Under the pieces are notes generated by a model. The model saw nothing but the letters and a program-made list of their open reading frames with translations, searched no databases and had not been told where the DNA came from. 34,779 nucleotides of DNA from Anaerolineae bacterium (GTDB lineage: Bacteria > Chloroflexota > Anaerolineae > E26-bin7). Shown one piece after another: positions 8,781 to 16,154 of the stretch (within the stretch, counting starts at the first letter, position 1; each line of letters opens with the position of its first letter). Both the position numbers and the translations under genes were made by a program. The stretch covers positions 1 to 34,779 of the forward strand of contig JAOZOT010000005.1 in the NCBI GenBank assembly GCA_029933115.1. Direction: 5' to 3'.

Positions 8781-8969
8781 TCAGGAGCGCTTGAACCGCG
8801 CGAATATAATCGCAAACGCCGCAGCGACGTCAAAGCCCAACTGGCAGAATTGCTTTACCTGCGCAAGAAACTCAGGGTCGTCAATTAAGCCAGGCATACC
8901 CGTGAAATAACCTGCGGCTAAAAACACCATCGCAATAACAACCGCCCATACCGTTCGTGATTTGCTCAT
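8781..8969 (-). CDS. Small membrane protein, holin-like (62 aa)
   Basis: KSRTVW start, two hydrophobic segments, basic C-terminus (ARFKRS); RBS GAGGT before ATG 8969. Confidence 0.6.
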   Translation of the reverse strand: MSKSRTVWAVVIAMVFLAAGYFTGMPGLIDDPEFLAQVKQFCQLGFDVAAAFAIIFARFKRS

Positions 8970-8973
8970 AATT

Positions 8974-9207
8974 TCAACCTCCCAGATTGCTGAGGACGTA
9001 GGCGAAAGTTTGTGCGGCCACGGCAATAAGCAGCGTAACGATTCCGCCTATCGCTACCTTGAGAAGAGATTCGATGCCGTTCAACCGGGTCTGTAAGGTC
9101 GCCAACATTATGTCGTGTTGGTCTACGCGACTGTCAATCTTTTCGATGCGCTTCCATTGCGCGCCCTGTTGCCGCTTCAATTCGGTAACCGCATCCACAT
9201 CCACCAT
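8974..9207 (-). CDS. XhlA-like membrane protein (77 aa; coiled coil plus C-terminal TM helix)
   Basis: RIEKIDSRVDQHD coiled coil, then VAIGGIVTLLIAVAA; RBS GGAGG before ATG 9207. Confidence 0.6.
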   Translation of the reverse strand: MVDVDAVTELKRQQGAQWKRIEKIDSRVDQHDIMLATLQTRLNGIESLLKVAIGGIVTLLIAVAAQTFAYVLSNLGG

Positions 9208-9226
9208 TTGTCCTCCGTGCATATAG

Positions 9227-9320
9227 TAGAGTGCGCGCGAACACACCCTCTATAGTTAATATGGGGGGTATGGACTGAAATGGACGCCAATGGGTGGAAT
9301 AGGACTTGAATGGACAGTCC
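9227..9320 (-). promoter_or_regulatory. Putative activator-dependent late promoter with five 10-bp-phased TGGAC-type repeats and a 5' UUCG hairpin
   Basis: TGGAC 9271, TGGAC 9281, TGGGT 9291, AGGAC 9301, TGGAC 9311; possible -10 CATATT 9263-9258; no -35; only intergenic gap before the late genes. Confidence 0.65.
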
Positions 9321-9332
9321 CGCGCGTGCGCG

Positions 9333-9620
9333 CTACGCGAGGCTGTTATAATGCTTTCTCAGAATACGCTTGATAACTCTCCAGCGTGATTTTGCCGTGC
9401 TATAACTCAAGCCCATTTCCTGGGCGTAGTCAACCAGGCTTCGCTCGGCCAGCTTCCATCGCAGCAGCACCAGAAGTTCAGGGCATCCTTCGGTCAGCAC
9501 TAAAGGTCGTAATTCCTGGAATATATGTTCAGCATCCTGACCGAGTTCTATTTTGTATCGATCGTATGCGTCTTCCGGCCCGCCTCTTGGATCAGGGTAA
9601 TGCTCTAAGGAGTTAATCAC
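9333..9620 (-). CDS. Sigma-70 region 4-like HTH protein, putative late transcriptional activator
   Basis: LLRWKLAERSLVDYAQEMGLSYSTAKSRWRVIKRIL HTH; last gene before the late promoter region. Confidence 0.65.
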   Translation of the reverse strand: MINSLEHYPDPRGGPEDAYDRYKIELGQDAEHIFQELRPLVLTEGCPELLVLLRWKLAERSLVDYAQEMGLSYSTAKSRWRVIKRILRKHYNSLA

Positions 9621-10320
9621 GTTTTTGCCTCCTCATACGTTCAACGGTTTCGCCCACGCGTTCAATGCCCGGATTGCGGATATTGTGCTCAGAGTTCGCG
9701 CGTGCGGGCGCGCCGACACGTAGCGCGCCACGCACGCACGATTGATTCTTCTTACTAGTAAGAGTCGGAGTCTTAGTCTTAGTCTTAGTAAGAGTAGGCG
9801 AGGGGCTTGCAAGGGGCTTGGTAGCCCCTCCGGAGGGGCTTAGGAGGGGCTTAGAAGGGGCTTCCGATTTCCCTGAAGGGGCTTGCAAGGGGTAAGCAAG
9901 GGGCTTGCATTTCGGGTAGATAACAAAGAACTCATCCCAGAATGGCCACTCAGAGTGTTCGGCATAGGTTTTCTGGATAGCCTTGACCTGGTTGTCGATA
10001 ACTTGTGCGCCTACTTCGCCCGCGAGATGGCGATTGTTGATCTCCAGGTGGTGGATAACGAATATGAATAAACGCCGCCCGTCCTCTTTGTAGCGGATCA
10101 CGGGGTCTGGCTCCTGCGAAAGCTCGTCGAGTAGCTTCAGCGTCTTGGGCATAGAGAAGCTGGCGGCATTGGCCAGGTCTTTGAGCAGGGTCGGGTATAT
10201 CCCGGCGATCGTATTGTCCGGATACGTCCTGAGCACGACATAGAGCCATCGGGCCGGGATGCTGTAATTGCGGGAGCGCATCTCAAACGCGAAGCCGTCA
10301 TCGAATTTCGTGTATGCCAT
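9613..10320 (-). CDS. Putative replication initiator protein (235 aa)
   Basis: N-terminal winged-helix-like region (ARWLYVVLRT...IAGIY...LLDEL), then a Pro/Ser/Lys-rich iteron-encoded linker and TKTKTK tract; start ATG 10320 (TGATG overlap, RBS GGAGG). Confidence 0.75.
   Translation of the reverse strand: MAYTKFDDGFAFEMRSRNYSIPARWLYVVLRTYPDNTIAGIYPTLLKDLANAASFSMPKTLKLLDELSQEPDPVIRYKEDGRRLFIFVIHHLEINNRHLAGEVGAQVIDNQVKAIQKTYAEHSEWPFWDEFFVIYPKCKPLAYPLQAPSGKSEAPSKPLLSPSGGATKPLASPSPTLTKTKTKTPTLTSKKNQSCVRGALRVGAPARANSEHNIRNPGIERVGETVERMRRQKRD
9756..9908. repeat. Iteron-like repeat cluster, putative replication origin inside the initiator gene
   Basis: AGGGGCTT at 9801, 9812, 9834, 9845, 9856, 9877, 9899 (variant AGGGGTAA at 9888), mostly 11 bp apart; perfect palindrome 9823-9840; (AGTCTT)3 at 9769-9786. 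Confidence 0.8.
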
Positions 10321-10613
10321 CAGTCGTCCTCCATTGCTTTGCTCGCCAGCAACCAGGGGCAATCATCCTTATGTTCAATCTTTTGTTTTCGCCTCCCTGT
10401 AAGCGTTGCCCCACAATAGATGCAATAGGGAGTATATTCGCCGTCATCGTGCACCGGCTCGGTTTCTACCAGCGCCGCCACAATACCACGCAACCACGCG
10501 TTTTCAGTGTCCTTCGCCTTGAAGGCCTCCAGCAGGTCTTTCACGTCACAGGGCGGCAAACCGAAGTCTAGCTCGTATGAGAGCAGCAGTTTTTTGAAAT
10601 ATTCGTATTCCAT
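10320..10613 (-). CDS. Hypothetical protein with a C-terminal CxxC-H-C zinc-binding module (97 aa)
   Basis: RBS GGAGGAG, ATG 10613; YCIYCG...HKDDCPW. Confidence 0.75.
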   Translation of the reverse strand: MEYEYFKKLLLSYELDFGLPPCDVKDLLEAFKAKDTENAWLRGIVAALVETEPVHDDGEYTPYCIYCGATLTGRRKQKIEHKDDCPWLLASKAMEDD

Positions 10614-10614
10614 A

Positions 10615-11181
10615 TCACTCCTCCAGCGTAGCGCGGGCTTTATCAATCATCCGCAGCAACTTGCGCCGCTGCGCTTTTCGTTCGGCGTTCCAATTAGCAA
10701 CGAAGGCAACGTCCCGGGCAATAACATCAGCAGCCCAGATAGCGATTTTTTCAGTAATGCTCACAGCAGCATTGGCAGCGGCCCACGCAGCAGCTCCCCC
10801 CAGTGGCCCACGCAGCAGCCCGCCACCGGCTTCCTGTTCCCGTTTCAATGCACGCTCAGCACACCAGCAGGCGAACTCGTGCAGAATGTTAGTAATGTCC
10901 ATCCGCCATAGTTCACGCCGCTCGGACGCGCAGAGCTTATCTGTGCCCTCCAGTATCTCACCGCTTAGTTCCACGCGACGCAATAACGAGCCTTGTGCAT
11001 AGACAAGCGCATCCAGTATATCTCGCGAGGCGTGCAGCCCAAACACACATAACTCAAGCGGGCGTTTCCTGGTAGGCTTCACGCGCTCAATGCCACCAGG
11101 CTTCGGCTTGCGCTTCCGTTCGCTCCAGCAAAATGACCCGTCATTCTTCAGAAAATGCCAAGCTAGTATCGGTTTAGCCAT
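10615..11181 (-). CDS. Phage hypothetical protein, DUF7666-like domain plus AWAAA-rich tail (188 aa)
   Basis: LCVFGLHAS...DALVYA...RVELSG...DKLCASER, FACWCAERAL; RBS GGAGG, ATG 11181. Confidence 0.7.
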   Translation of the reverse strand: MAKPILAWHFLKNDGSFCWSERKRKPKPGGIERVKPTRKRPLELCVFGLHASRDILDALVYAQGSLLRRVELSGEILEGTDKLCASERRELWRMDITNILHEFACWCAERALKREQEAGGGLLRGPLGGAAAWAAANAAVSITEKIAIWAADVIARDVAFVANWNAERKAQRRKLLRMIDKARATLEE

Positions 11182-11422
11182 CGTCATCCTCCAGCCCCAA
11201 CAGCTTCTCCACGTGCTTGCGGGCAGCCCAAGCAGTGGCGAACCGCTTGTCATCCAGGCTATTATGCCACTTCTCGCCCTCGTAATACCGAGTAATGTGA
11301 GCCGCGCCAAACAGGCTACCCATCTCGGCGTGAAGCACTTGCCTTGGGAAAATTGCACCATGGATCTTGCGCCAGTAAAAGCGTATTGGCTTAGTCGGCT
11401 TCAGGTATTTTCGTTTAGTCAT
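11174..11422 (-). CDS. Basic hypothetical protein (82 aa)
   Basis: RBS GGAGGAGG; overlaps neighbours at both ends. Confidence 0.7.
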   Translation of the reverse strand: MTKRKYLKPTKPIRFYWRKIHGAIFPRQVLHAEMGSLFGAAHITRYYEGEKWHNSLDDKRFATAWAARKHVEKLLGLEDDDG

Positions 11423-11618
11423 TGTCGTCCTCCTCCAGCTTGCCGTCAGGTTTAACGTCGTTTTCCAGTCGTTTCAACTGTCTGCGCCGCCCATTAATCT
11501 GCTCCTCCAGCCCCAGCTCCTTCATCGCCAACTCGTTTCGCTCGCGTGCAAGGTCGTTTTTTCGCCGCTCTAGCTTGGCAATGAAAGCACGTAGCGTTTC
11601 GGGCGTATGTTTAGGCAT
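11415..11618 (-). CDS. Coiled-coil hypothetical protein (67 aa)
   Basis: RBS AAGGAG, ATG 11618, MPKHTPETLRAFIAKLERR... Confidence 0.7.
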   Translation of the reverse strand: MPKHTPETLRAFIAKLERRKNDLARERNELAMKELGLEEQINGRRRQLKRLENDVKPDGKLEEDDND

Positions 11619-11736
11619 TGTCGTCTCCTTCGTATCCAAACGCCCAGAGCGTGAGCCATACCCCAATCCAAAAGCCGGAACAGAAGGTCGGGACAATTAT
11701 CAATCCGGCCAATTCCCAAATAGTCGTCTCAATCAT
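11611..11736 (-). CDS. Single-pass membrane peptide (41 aa), absent from the ORF track
   Basis: RBS GGAGG, MIETTIWELAGLIIVPTFCSGFWIGVWLTLWAFGYEGDDNA*; fills the gap exactly with overlaps at both ends. Confidence 0.7.
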   Translation of the reverse strand: MIETTIWELAGLIIVPTFCSGFWIGVWLTLWAFGYEGDDNA

Positions 11737-12157
11737 CGTTGTCCTCCAGCGCGGCGCGGGTTGCTAACACGTCTGATTCTGTCGCTTCAATAGGCGCTAT
11801 GTCCCCGTATCCCGTTCGTGAAGTCTGCGTCAGGTCGGAATGCAACGTTAGCCTTTGTCCTGCAACGACGAACCAGTAATCCTTGCCGTAGTGCCGCAAC
11901 ACATCAGCAAGGAATGTCCCACCAATGCCGTCAAAGTCGTCCACCGACCAGAACCGTCTTCCCCTGACCCTGACTTCGCTGAACCCGAATGCGTTAGTCA
12001 AACGATTACGGTCAACCAACCTATCAAGCCTACATCCCTTGTATTCTCCAATACAAACCTTGCAGGGCTGCTTGTTGCCCAACAGCACGTCTTCCATTTC
12101 CAGCGTTCCCAACTCCGATGCCTCAAGAACAGTTTTTATGAACTCTTTGCGTTCCAT
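11729..12157 (-). CDS. Hypothetical protein (142 aa)
   Basis: RBS GGAGGAG; tightly packed in the array. Confidence 0.75.
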   Translation of the reverse strand: MERKEFIKTVLEASELGTLEMEDVLLGNKQPCKVCIGEYKGCRLDRLVDRNRLTNAFGFSEVRVRGRRFWSVDDFDGIGGTFLADVLRHYGKDYWFVVAGQRLTLHSDLTQTSRTGYGDIAPIEATESDVLATRAALEDNDD

Positions 12158-12158
12158 A

Positions 12159-12545
12159 TCACTTCTCCTCCAGCGCGGCGCGGGCTTTGGTCACAGGGCA
12201 GTCGGTATTTTTATCGTGACCAGGCAAGCGGTCATGAAGCCCGCAATATGGACAGGTGCCATACTCATCGCCGGGCGATTCGTCTACTACTAGAGCTACA
12301 AGCAACCCCCGCAGCCGCTCGTTCTCAGCAATCAGCTCGGACACGTCGGCCTCCGCCTCCTGCCACGCCTTCTGGTATTCGCGGCGTTCGCCCAGGCGTT
12401 TCCGGTTTCCCTGATACCGTTTCCAGTCAGTCATCGTCGCCTCCTTTTGTGATGCCCCTGCGCCAACCGACAGACCGAGAATAAAGGCTGACGCGATTAT
12501 TACAAATAAGATTGCGGCGAGTTCCACTGTAGTCATCTCAATCAT
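12159..12545 (-). CDS. Membrane peptide fused in frame to a coiled-coil/zinc-module protein (128 aa; internal start at 12434 gives 91 aa)
   Basis: Two AAGGAGG RBS/ATG pairs (12545 and 12434) in one frame; TCPYCG...H...DCP module. Confidence 0.7.
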   Translation of the reverse strand: MIEMTTVELAAILFVIIASAFILGLSVGAGASQKEATMTDWKRYQGNRKRLGERREYQKAWQEAEADVSELIAENERLRGLLVALVVDESPGDEYGTCPYCGLHDRLPGHDKNTDCPVTKARAALEEK

Positions 12546-13092
12546 TGTCGTCGCCTCCTTCCCCCACCAGCGCGTCCAGTATCTTGGTGGCCTCATATTC
12601 CACCGCCCGCTCCAGCAGCTCCACATACAGGGCTTGAGCGGCTTCACGTAGAGTAGCCCCGCGCTCAGAAGCTAGCCGACCGTGGCCACCTTCCTCCAAG
12701 TCCGCTTGCCAGTCATGGCGAAACTTGTTGTATGATATACGAATTATCACGCCCAGCCCCATCGCATCCGCCACCCGCGATAGCGCTGCCGTGAAGTAGT
12801 CGGTGGGAAGATGCTCTATGCCCCATGCTACTTCTATCGCCCTGTCGTCTTCGTCAATTTCGTGCAACTCCAATATGCCGCGCTTTCGCCTCTGCTCATC
12901 ATCCATCTCGGAAGGAAACGCGCCATCGAAACGAACGTGGCCCGCTTGCATCCATCCCGCATCGCGGAAAGTCGGGTTTATATACCACCAGCGCTCGACG
13001 CCGACTTCGCTGATGACCAAATTACATATCCGCCGTGCCGCTTCAGCATCCGAAGCGAGCACCTTCTCCAGCCGTTTGCTTAGGTTAGTCAT
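12538..13092 (-). CDS. Hypothetical protein (184 aa)
   Basis: RBS GAGGTGG, ATG 13092. Confidence 0.75.
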   Translation of the reverse strand: MTNLSKRLEKVLASDAEAARRICNLVISEVGVERWWYINPTFRDAGWMQAGHVRFDGAFPSEMDDEQRRKRGILELHEIDEDDRAIEVAWGIEHLPTDYFTAALSRVADAMGLGVIIRISYNKFRHDWQADLEEGGHGRLASERGATLREAAQALYVELLERAVEYEATKILDALVGEGGDDND

Positions 13093-13300
13093 CGTCCACC
13101 TCGTATTTCCGATGTGTTTTCTCAACGAACGGGCTTTCGCTTTCCCGTCGCACTTTCAATGCTCGGCAGTTCATATGGGCATCCAGAAACCGCAACAATT
13201 TTGAGGGGTCTTCACGCGATACCATCGTGGGGTAACTGGTCTGCCCAGTCCAGATGTATTCGCGGCACTTTTCGCAACATAAATAGACGCAATTACTCAT
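13085..13300 (-). CDS. Small Cys-containing hypothetical protein (71 aa)
   Basis: RBS GGAGGTGG; YLCCEKCREYIWTGQ...RFLDAHMNC. Confidence 0.7.
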   Translation of the reverse strand: MSNCVYLCCEKCREYIWTGQTSYPTMVSREDPSKLLRFLDAHMNCRALKVRRESESPFVEKTHRKYEVDDD

Positions 13301-13562
13301 CGTCCACCTCCAGCGCATTCAGCCCTGCTTCCGTCAAGGCATAACCCGCGCCATACATAGTGCCGTCCTCCGTAAAAAGACCGCGCCCGTATCCCGCCAG
13401 CCCCTTGCGAGCCAACGAGCGGCAGGCACGCCTGATTACTTTGCGGTCAAGGTCGGTTTTAGCTGCTATCGCCGCGAAATGAATGTAGGAGTATGCGCTA
13501 TAGATGTCGTATTCGCTGCGCAAAGCCCTAAGCACAGTGCGCTCTGTGTCGCTAAGTTTCAT
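13293..13562 (-). CDS. Winged-helix DNA-binding protein (89 aa)
   Basis: MKLSDTERTVLRAL...FAAIAAKTDLDRKVIRRACRSLARKGLA...YALTEAG pattern. Confidence 0.75.
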   Translation of the reverse strand: MKLSDTERTVLRALRSEYDIYSAYSYIHFAAIAAKTDLDRKVIRRACRSLARKGLAGYGRGLFTEDGTMYGAGYALTEAGLNALEVDDE

Positions 13563-13788
13563 CCTCATCCTCCCAATCCACATTGCCCCCCAGAAAGCGC
13601 TCCAGCCGCCGGAGCAGGTTGCGCCGCTTGCCCGCTATGGGGAGTGCCCCTAGCCCCAGTTCTAGAAGGCTGTGCTCTTTGCCGCCGTATAGCTCCGCGA
13701 TGAACACACCTGCTCGCGAATACACCGCCCACCAGCCGCGCTCCTTGTTACGCACGCAGCGCACCGGCATCATATGATTAGGTTTCAC
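13552..13788 (-). CDS. Hypothetical protein (78 aa)
   Basis: GTG start after AGGAGGAG; overlaps neighbours. Confidence 0.65.
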   Translation of the reverse strand: MKPNHMMPVRCVRNKERGWWAVYSRAGVFIAELYGGKEHSLLELGLGALPIAGKRRNLLRRLERFLGGNVDWEDEDET

Positions 13789-14464
13789 GATTTACTCCTC
13801 CTTCGGGATATTCCTGCCGCCGCTCAATGCCAAGCGCCTCGCAGTCAAGGTTATCCTTCATAAACACGGGCAGCCCCTCGGCAGCTTCCAGGATGTGCTC
13901 CACCCACTCGCGCTTGGGCTGATACTTCTTTGCGCCCGCGCTGAGTGCACCGATAACAACCCAGTCAACTAGCCATTTTAGGCGGGGATACGATGGCCAG
14001 ACATCATTCACTAAAGGCTCAAACGAAACCCATCGCACGGCGGCATAAGCTCCCGTTGGCAAAAGCAGGTTGTTTGTGTCTACAGTCGCGCCAGCCCAAC
14101 AATTTGGCGGATAGTCGAACCTCATTAACCGCTTCGGGTTCTTCGTGAGCAGCAGGAATATATGCTGTGGCAATTTTGATGCTACATTCAGCACGTTGTG
14201 TATATACTCACGCCGAACCCAATACCCAAATAAGTCCGCCATAGAGCAGACGAATATGCGGCTCGGCTTGCGCCACTTGAAGGGCTGCATCAGCCTGTCC
14301 TCGTGCCACACAGGTTCGTCAAAGCGTGGCTGGTGCTTGAACCGCTCGCATATCGTCTTGGCATAGCACTCCACCACTTTCCCGCCAGGCGCTGTCCACG
14401 TGCAGCCGCGCTTGCAGCCCGTGAGCGGATTCCACGTGCGTTCAGCCCACTCTATATTCTTCAT
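13778..14464 (-). CDS. DUF5131 (phage Gp37/Gp68, radical-SAM-like) protein (228 aa)
   Basis: IEWAERTWNPLTGC, IFVCSMADLF, FLLLTKNP, VSFEPL, DWVVIG, VFMKDNL; start moved to ATG 14464. Confidence 0.9.
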   Translation of the reverse strand: MKNIEWAERTWNPLTGCKRGCTWTAPGGKVVECYAKTICERFKHQPRFDEPVWHEDRLMQPFKWRKPSRIFVCSMADLFGYWVRREYIHNVLNVASKLPQHIFLLLTKNPKRLMRFDYPPNCWAGATVDTNNLLLPTGAYAAVRWVSFEPLVNDVWPSYPRLKWLVDWVVIGALSAGAKKYQPKREWVEHILEAAEGLPVFMKDNLDCEALGIERRQEYPEGGVNRET

Positions 14465-14580
14465 TCCTTCAGCACCTCCTCCAGCATACGTTTGAAGCGC
14501 TCGTCGGGCTTTCCCCACGGCCAGTAGAAGCGCACGCGGCGGGATGGCTGTTGCCATTCGTTAATGAACTGAATAGTCAT
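14461..14580 (-). CDS. Small hypothetical protein (39 aa), absent from the ORF track
   Basis: MTIQFINEWQQPSRRVRFYWPWGKPDERFKRMLEEVLKE*; ATGA overlaps at both ends. Confidence 0.55.
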   Translation of the reverse strand: MTIQFINEWQQPSRRVRFYWPWGKPDERFKRMLEEVLKE

Positions 14581-14927
14581 TGTATCCCAAACACCTCCAC
14601 CTGTTTCGCTTCCCGCTCTTCACCTGAAAGAATAAGCTTACCCGTCCGCCGCAGCCAGCCCCGCTTCACCGCACTACGTGTCACCAGCATATCTTTGGCG
14701 CGGTTGTCAAGCTGCCGCTGTAGCGCCTGGTATTCCTCCTCGGTGGCCGCGTAGTAGTAGCCCGCATCGTCGGCGCAGATCGGATGTCCCTGCCGCCGTA
14801 GCTCCCGCACCATCGTGCGTATCTGCCGCTCGGAGCAGCCGCATAAAGCAGCGAGCATCGGAGCCGTGACGGCGTTCTCACGGCCCCGATGCCTGGTCAT
14901 TATGAGTGTAAGGAAGCTAGTGAGCAT
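14577..14927 (-). CDS. HTH domain DNA-binding protein
   Basis: GRENAVTAPMLAALCGCSERQIRTMVRELRRQGHPICA...GYYYA pattern common in phage wHTH proteins. Confidence 0.8.
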   Translation of the reverse strand: MLTSFLTLIMTRHRGRENAVTAPMLAALCGCSERQIRTMVRELRRQGHPICADDAGYYYAATEEEYQALQRQLDNRAKDMLVTRSAVKRGWLRRTGKLILSGEEREAKQVEVFGIQ

Positions 14928-14929
14928 TA

Positions 14930-15448
14930 TTACTCCGGCGTTCCTGCCGGTAGCGCCGTGCGGAACAGGTTTAATTTAGCCGGCAGCCTCCCGGTCTCCA
15001 TTGCCTTTGCGAGTTGCGGGCGCATCGTTTCCAGAAGATTCTCGCCACCCTTCGTCGCCAAGTATCCGCCCAGGCTTCGATATGCCGCTTCGCGCTTGAT
15101 CCCGTCGGGGCTTTCCAGCACGAAGGTCAGCAGGTGCTCGATGTGCGTCTGCCAGCGCCGGGTATAGACGTCGTTCTCGTTGATCCTGACTTTCTGGTAA
15201 TTCCGCTGCGCCAGGTGAAGGTCTTCCGGCTCTTCGAGCAGCGGCATTTTGAACAAGAGCAGCGGCGCGTCGTCGTATTTCTCTTCGTCACTATACCTGA
15301 GTTTGAGCGAGCAGACAATCAGATTTTCCTGCGGGAAGTAGGTTGGCGGCACGTGTATCTGGATATAGTTCGAGTAACGCGAGAGGAATACATTGAGCTT
15401 GGCCAGGCTCTCAGCCATAGGGATACTTGTATGATCGTATTTTGGCAT
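14930..15448 (-). CDS. Hypothetical protein (172 aa)
   Basis: RBS GAGGT; fills the gap exactly between neighbours. Confidence 0.75.
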   Translation of the reverse strand: MPKYDHTSIPMAESLAKLNVFLSRYSNYIQIHVPPTYFPQENLIVCSLKLRYSDEEKYDDAPLLLFKMPLLEEPEDLHLAQRNYQKVRINENDVYTRRWQTHIEHLLTFVLESPDGIKREAAYRSLGGYLATKGGENLLETMRPQLAKAMETGRLPAKLNLFRTALPAGTPE

Positions 15449-15449
15449 A

Positions 15450-16154
15450 TCACAACCTCGTCATCCATTCCGGCGGCTCCCAGTCCCTCAGTTGCAGCCG
15501 GTAGATATTGTAATCGCGGCGCACCTTGCGGGCATACTTGCCCACTCGCTTTGCGTAAGGCGAATTGTAACGTTGCACCGCCAGCCACATATCGTCGGTG
15601 CTGCCCAGCCGATGAGATAGCACCAGCGTGCCTACGTAGATATTCGTGGCCGGATCGTAGTAATCGTCGCCTGGTGCATATTTCGCATAATAGCACGGCT
15701 TCCATTGCATCAACCCGCATTCCCCGGCGCGTCCATTTATGTTAATTCTGAAATCGCTTTCAACGTCAATCATCGCCAGGAGCAAGCATACCGCCTCATC
15801 TGCGGGCGCGTTTATATGCGGCAGGCCTTGCTCAATAATCGCCGCCGCAATCTCCCGCGCATTGCCCGGATGCCCGCGCTCGGCAATCATATGGACGCAG
15901 AAGGCGCGTAAATCAACGGCAACGGGGGAGCAGCCGTCGGAGTCGGAGAGAGCGCCTTCTGCGCCCGCCGAAGTTCCCGCACGCGCCGGAACTACAGCGC
16001 ATATTTTCACCAGCAGCGCAAACGCCAGTATCATCATCAGCCAGAAGCCCAGCCTGTAAACGCTGTATCTCCTGAGCCGAAGCTTAGTCTGGCGATGCGC
16101 CGCCGTCATTTGATTGATTAATCTCTCGTTCACTGTTTCGCGTCCGTCCATCAT
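15450..16154 (-). CDS. Lytic transglycosylase (SLT domain) with N-terminal transmembrane anchor
   Basis: Motif I MIDVESDF (catalytic Glu), motif II GLMQ, DPATNIYVGT, motif III RYN; TM segment LGFWLMMILAFALLVKICAVV. Confidence 0.88.
   Translation of the reverse strand: MMDGRETVNERLINQMTAAHRQTKLRLRRYSVYRLGFWLMMILAFALLVKICAVVPARAGTSAGAEGALSDSDGCSPVAVDLRAFCVHMIAERGHPGNAREIAAAIIEQGLPHINAPADEAVCLLLAMIDVESDFRININGRAGECGLMQWKPCYYAKYAPGDDYYDPATNIYVGTLVLSHRLGSTDDMWLAVQRYNSPYAKRVGKYARKVRRDYNIYRLQLRDWEPPEWMTRL

Noticed and set aside
9801-9908. Repeat cluster as a CRISPR or mini-array
   Set aside because: Units are 8 bp at an 11-bp period with no unique spacers; fits iterons
10780-10819. 15-bp repeat pair as a diversity-generating retroelement TR/VR
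   Set aside because: Too short, no adenine-specific mismatches, no reverse transcriptase in the genome
10318-13575. Cassette junctions as integron attC sites
   Set aside because: No GTTRRRY/RYYYAAC ends, no palindromic structure, no integron integrase
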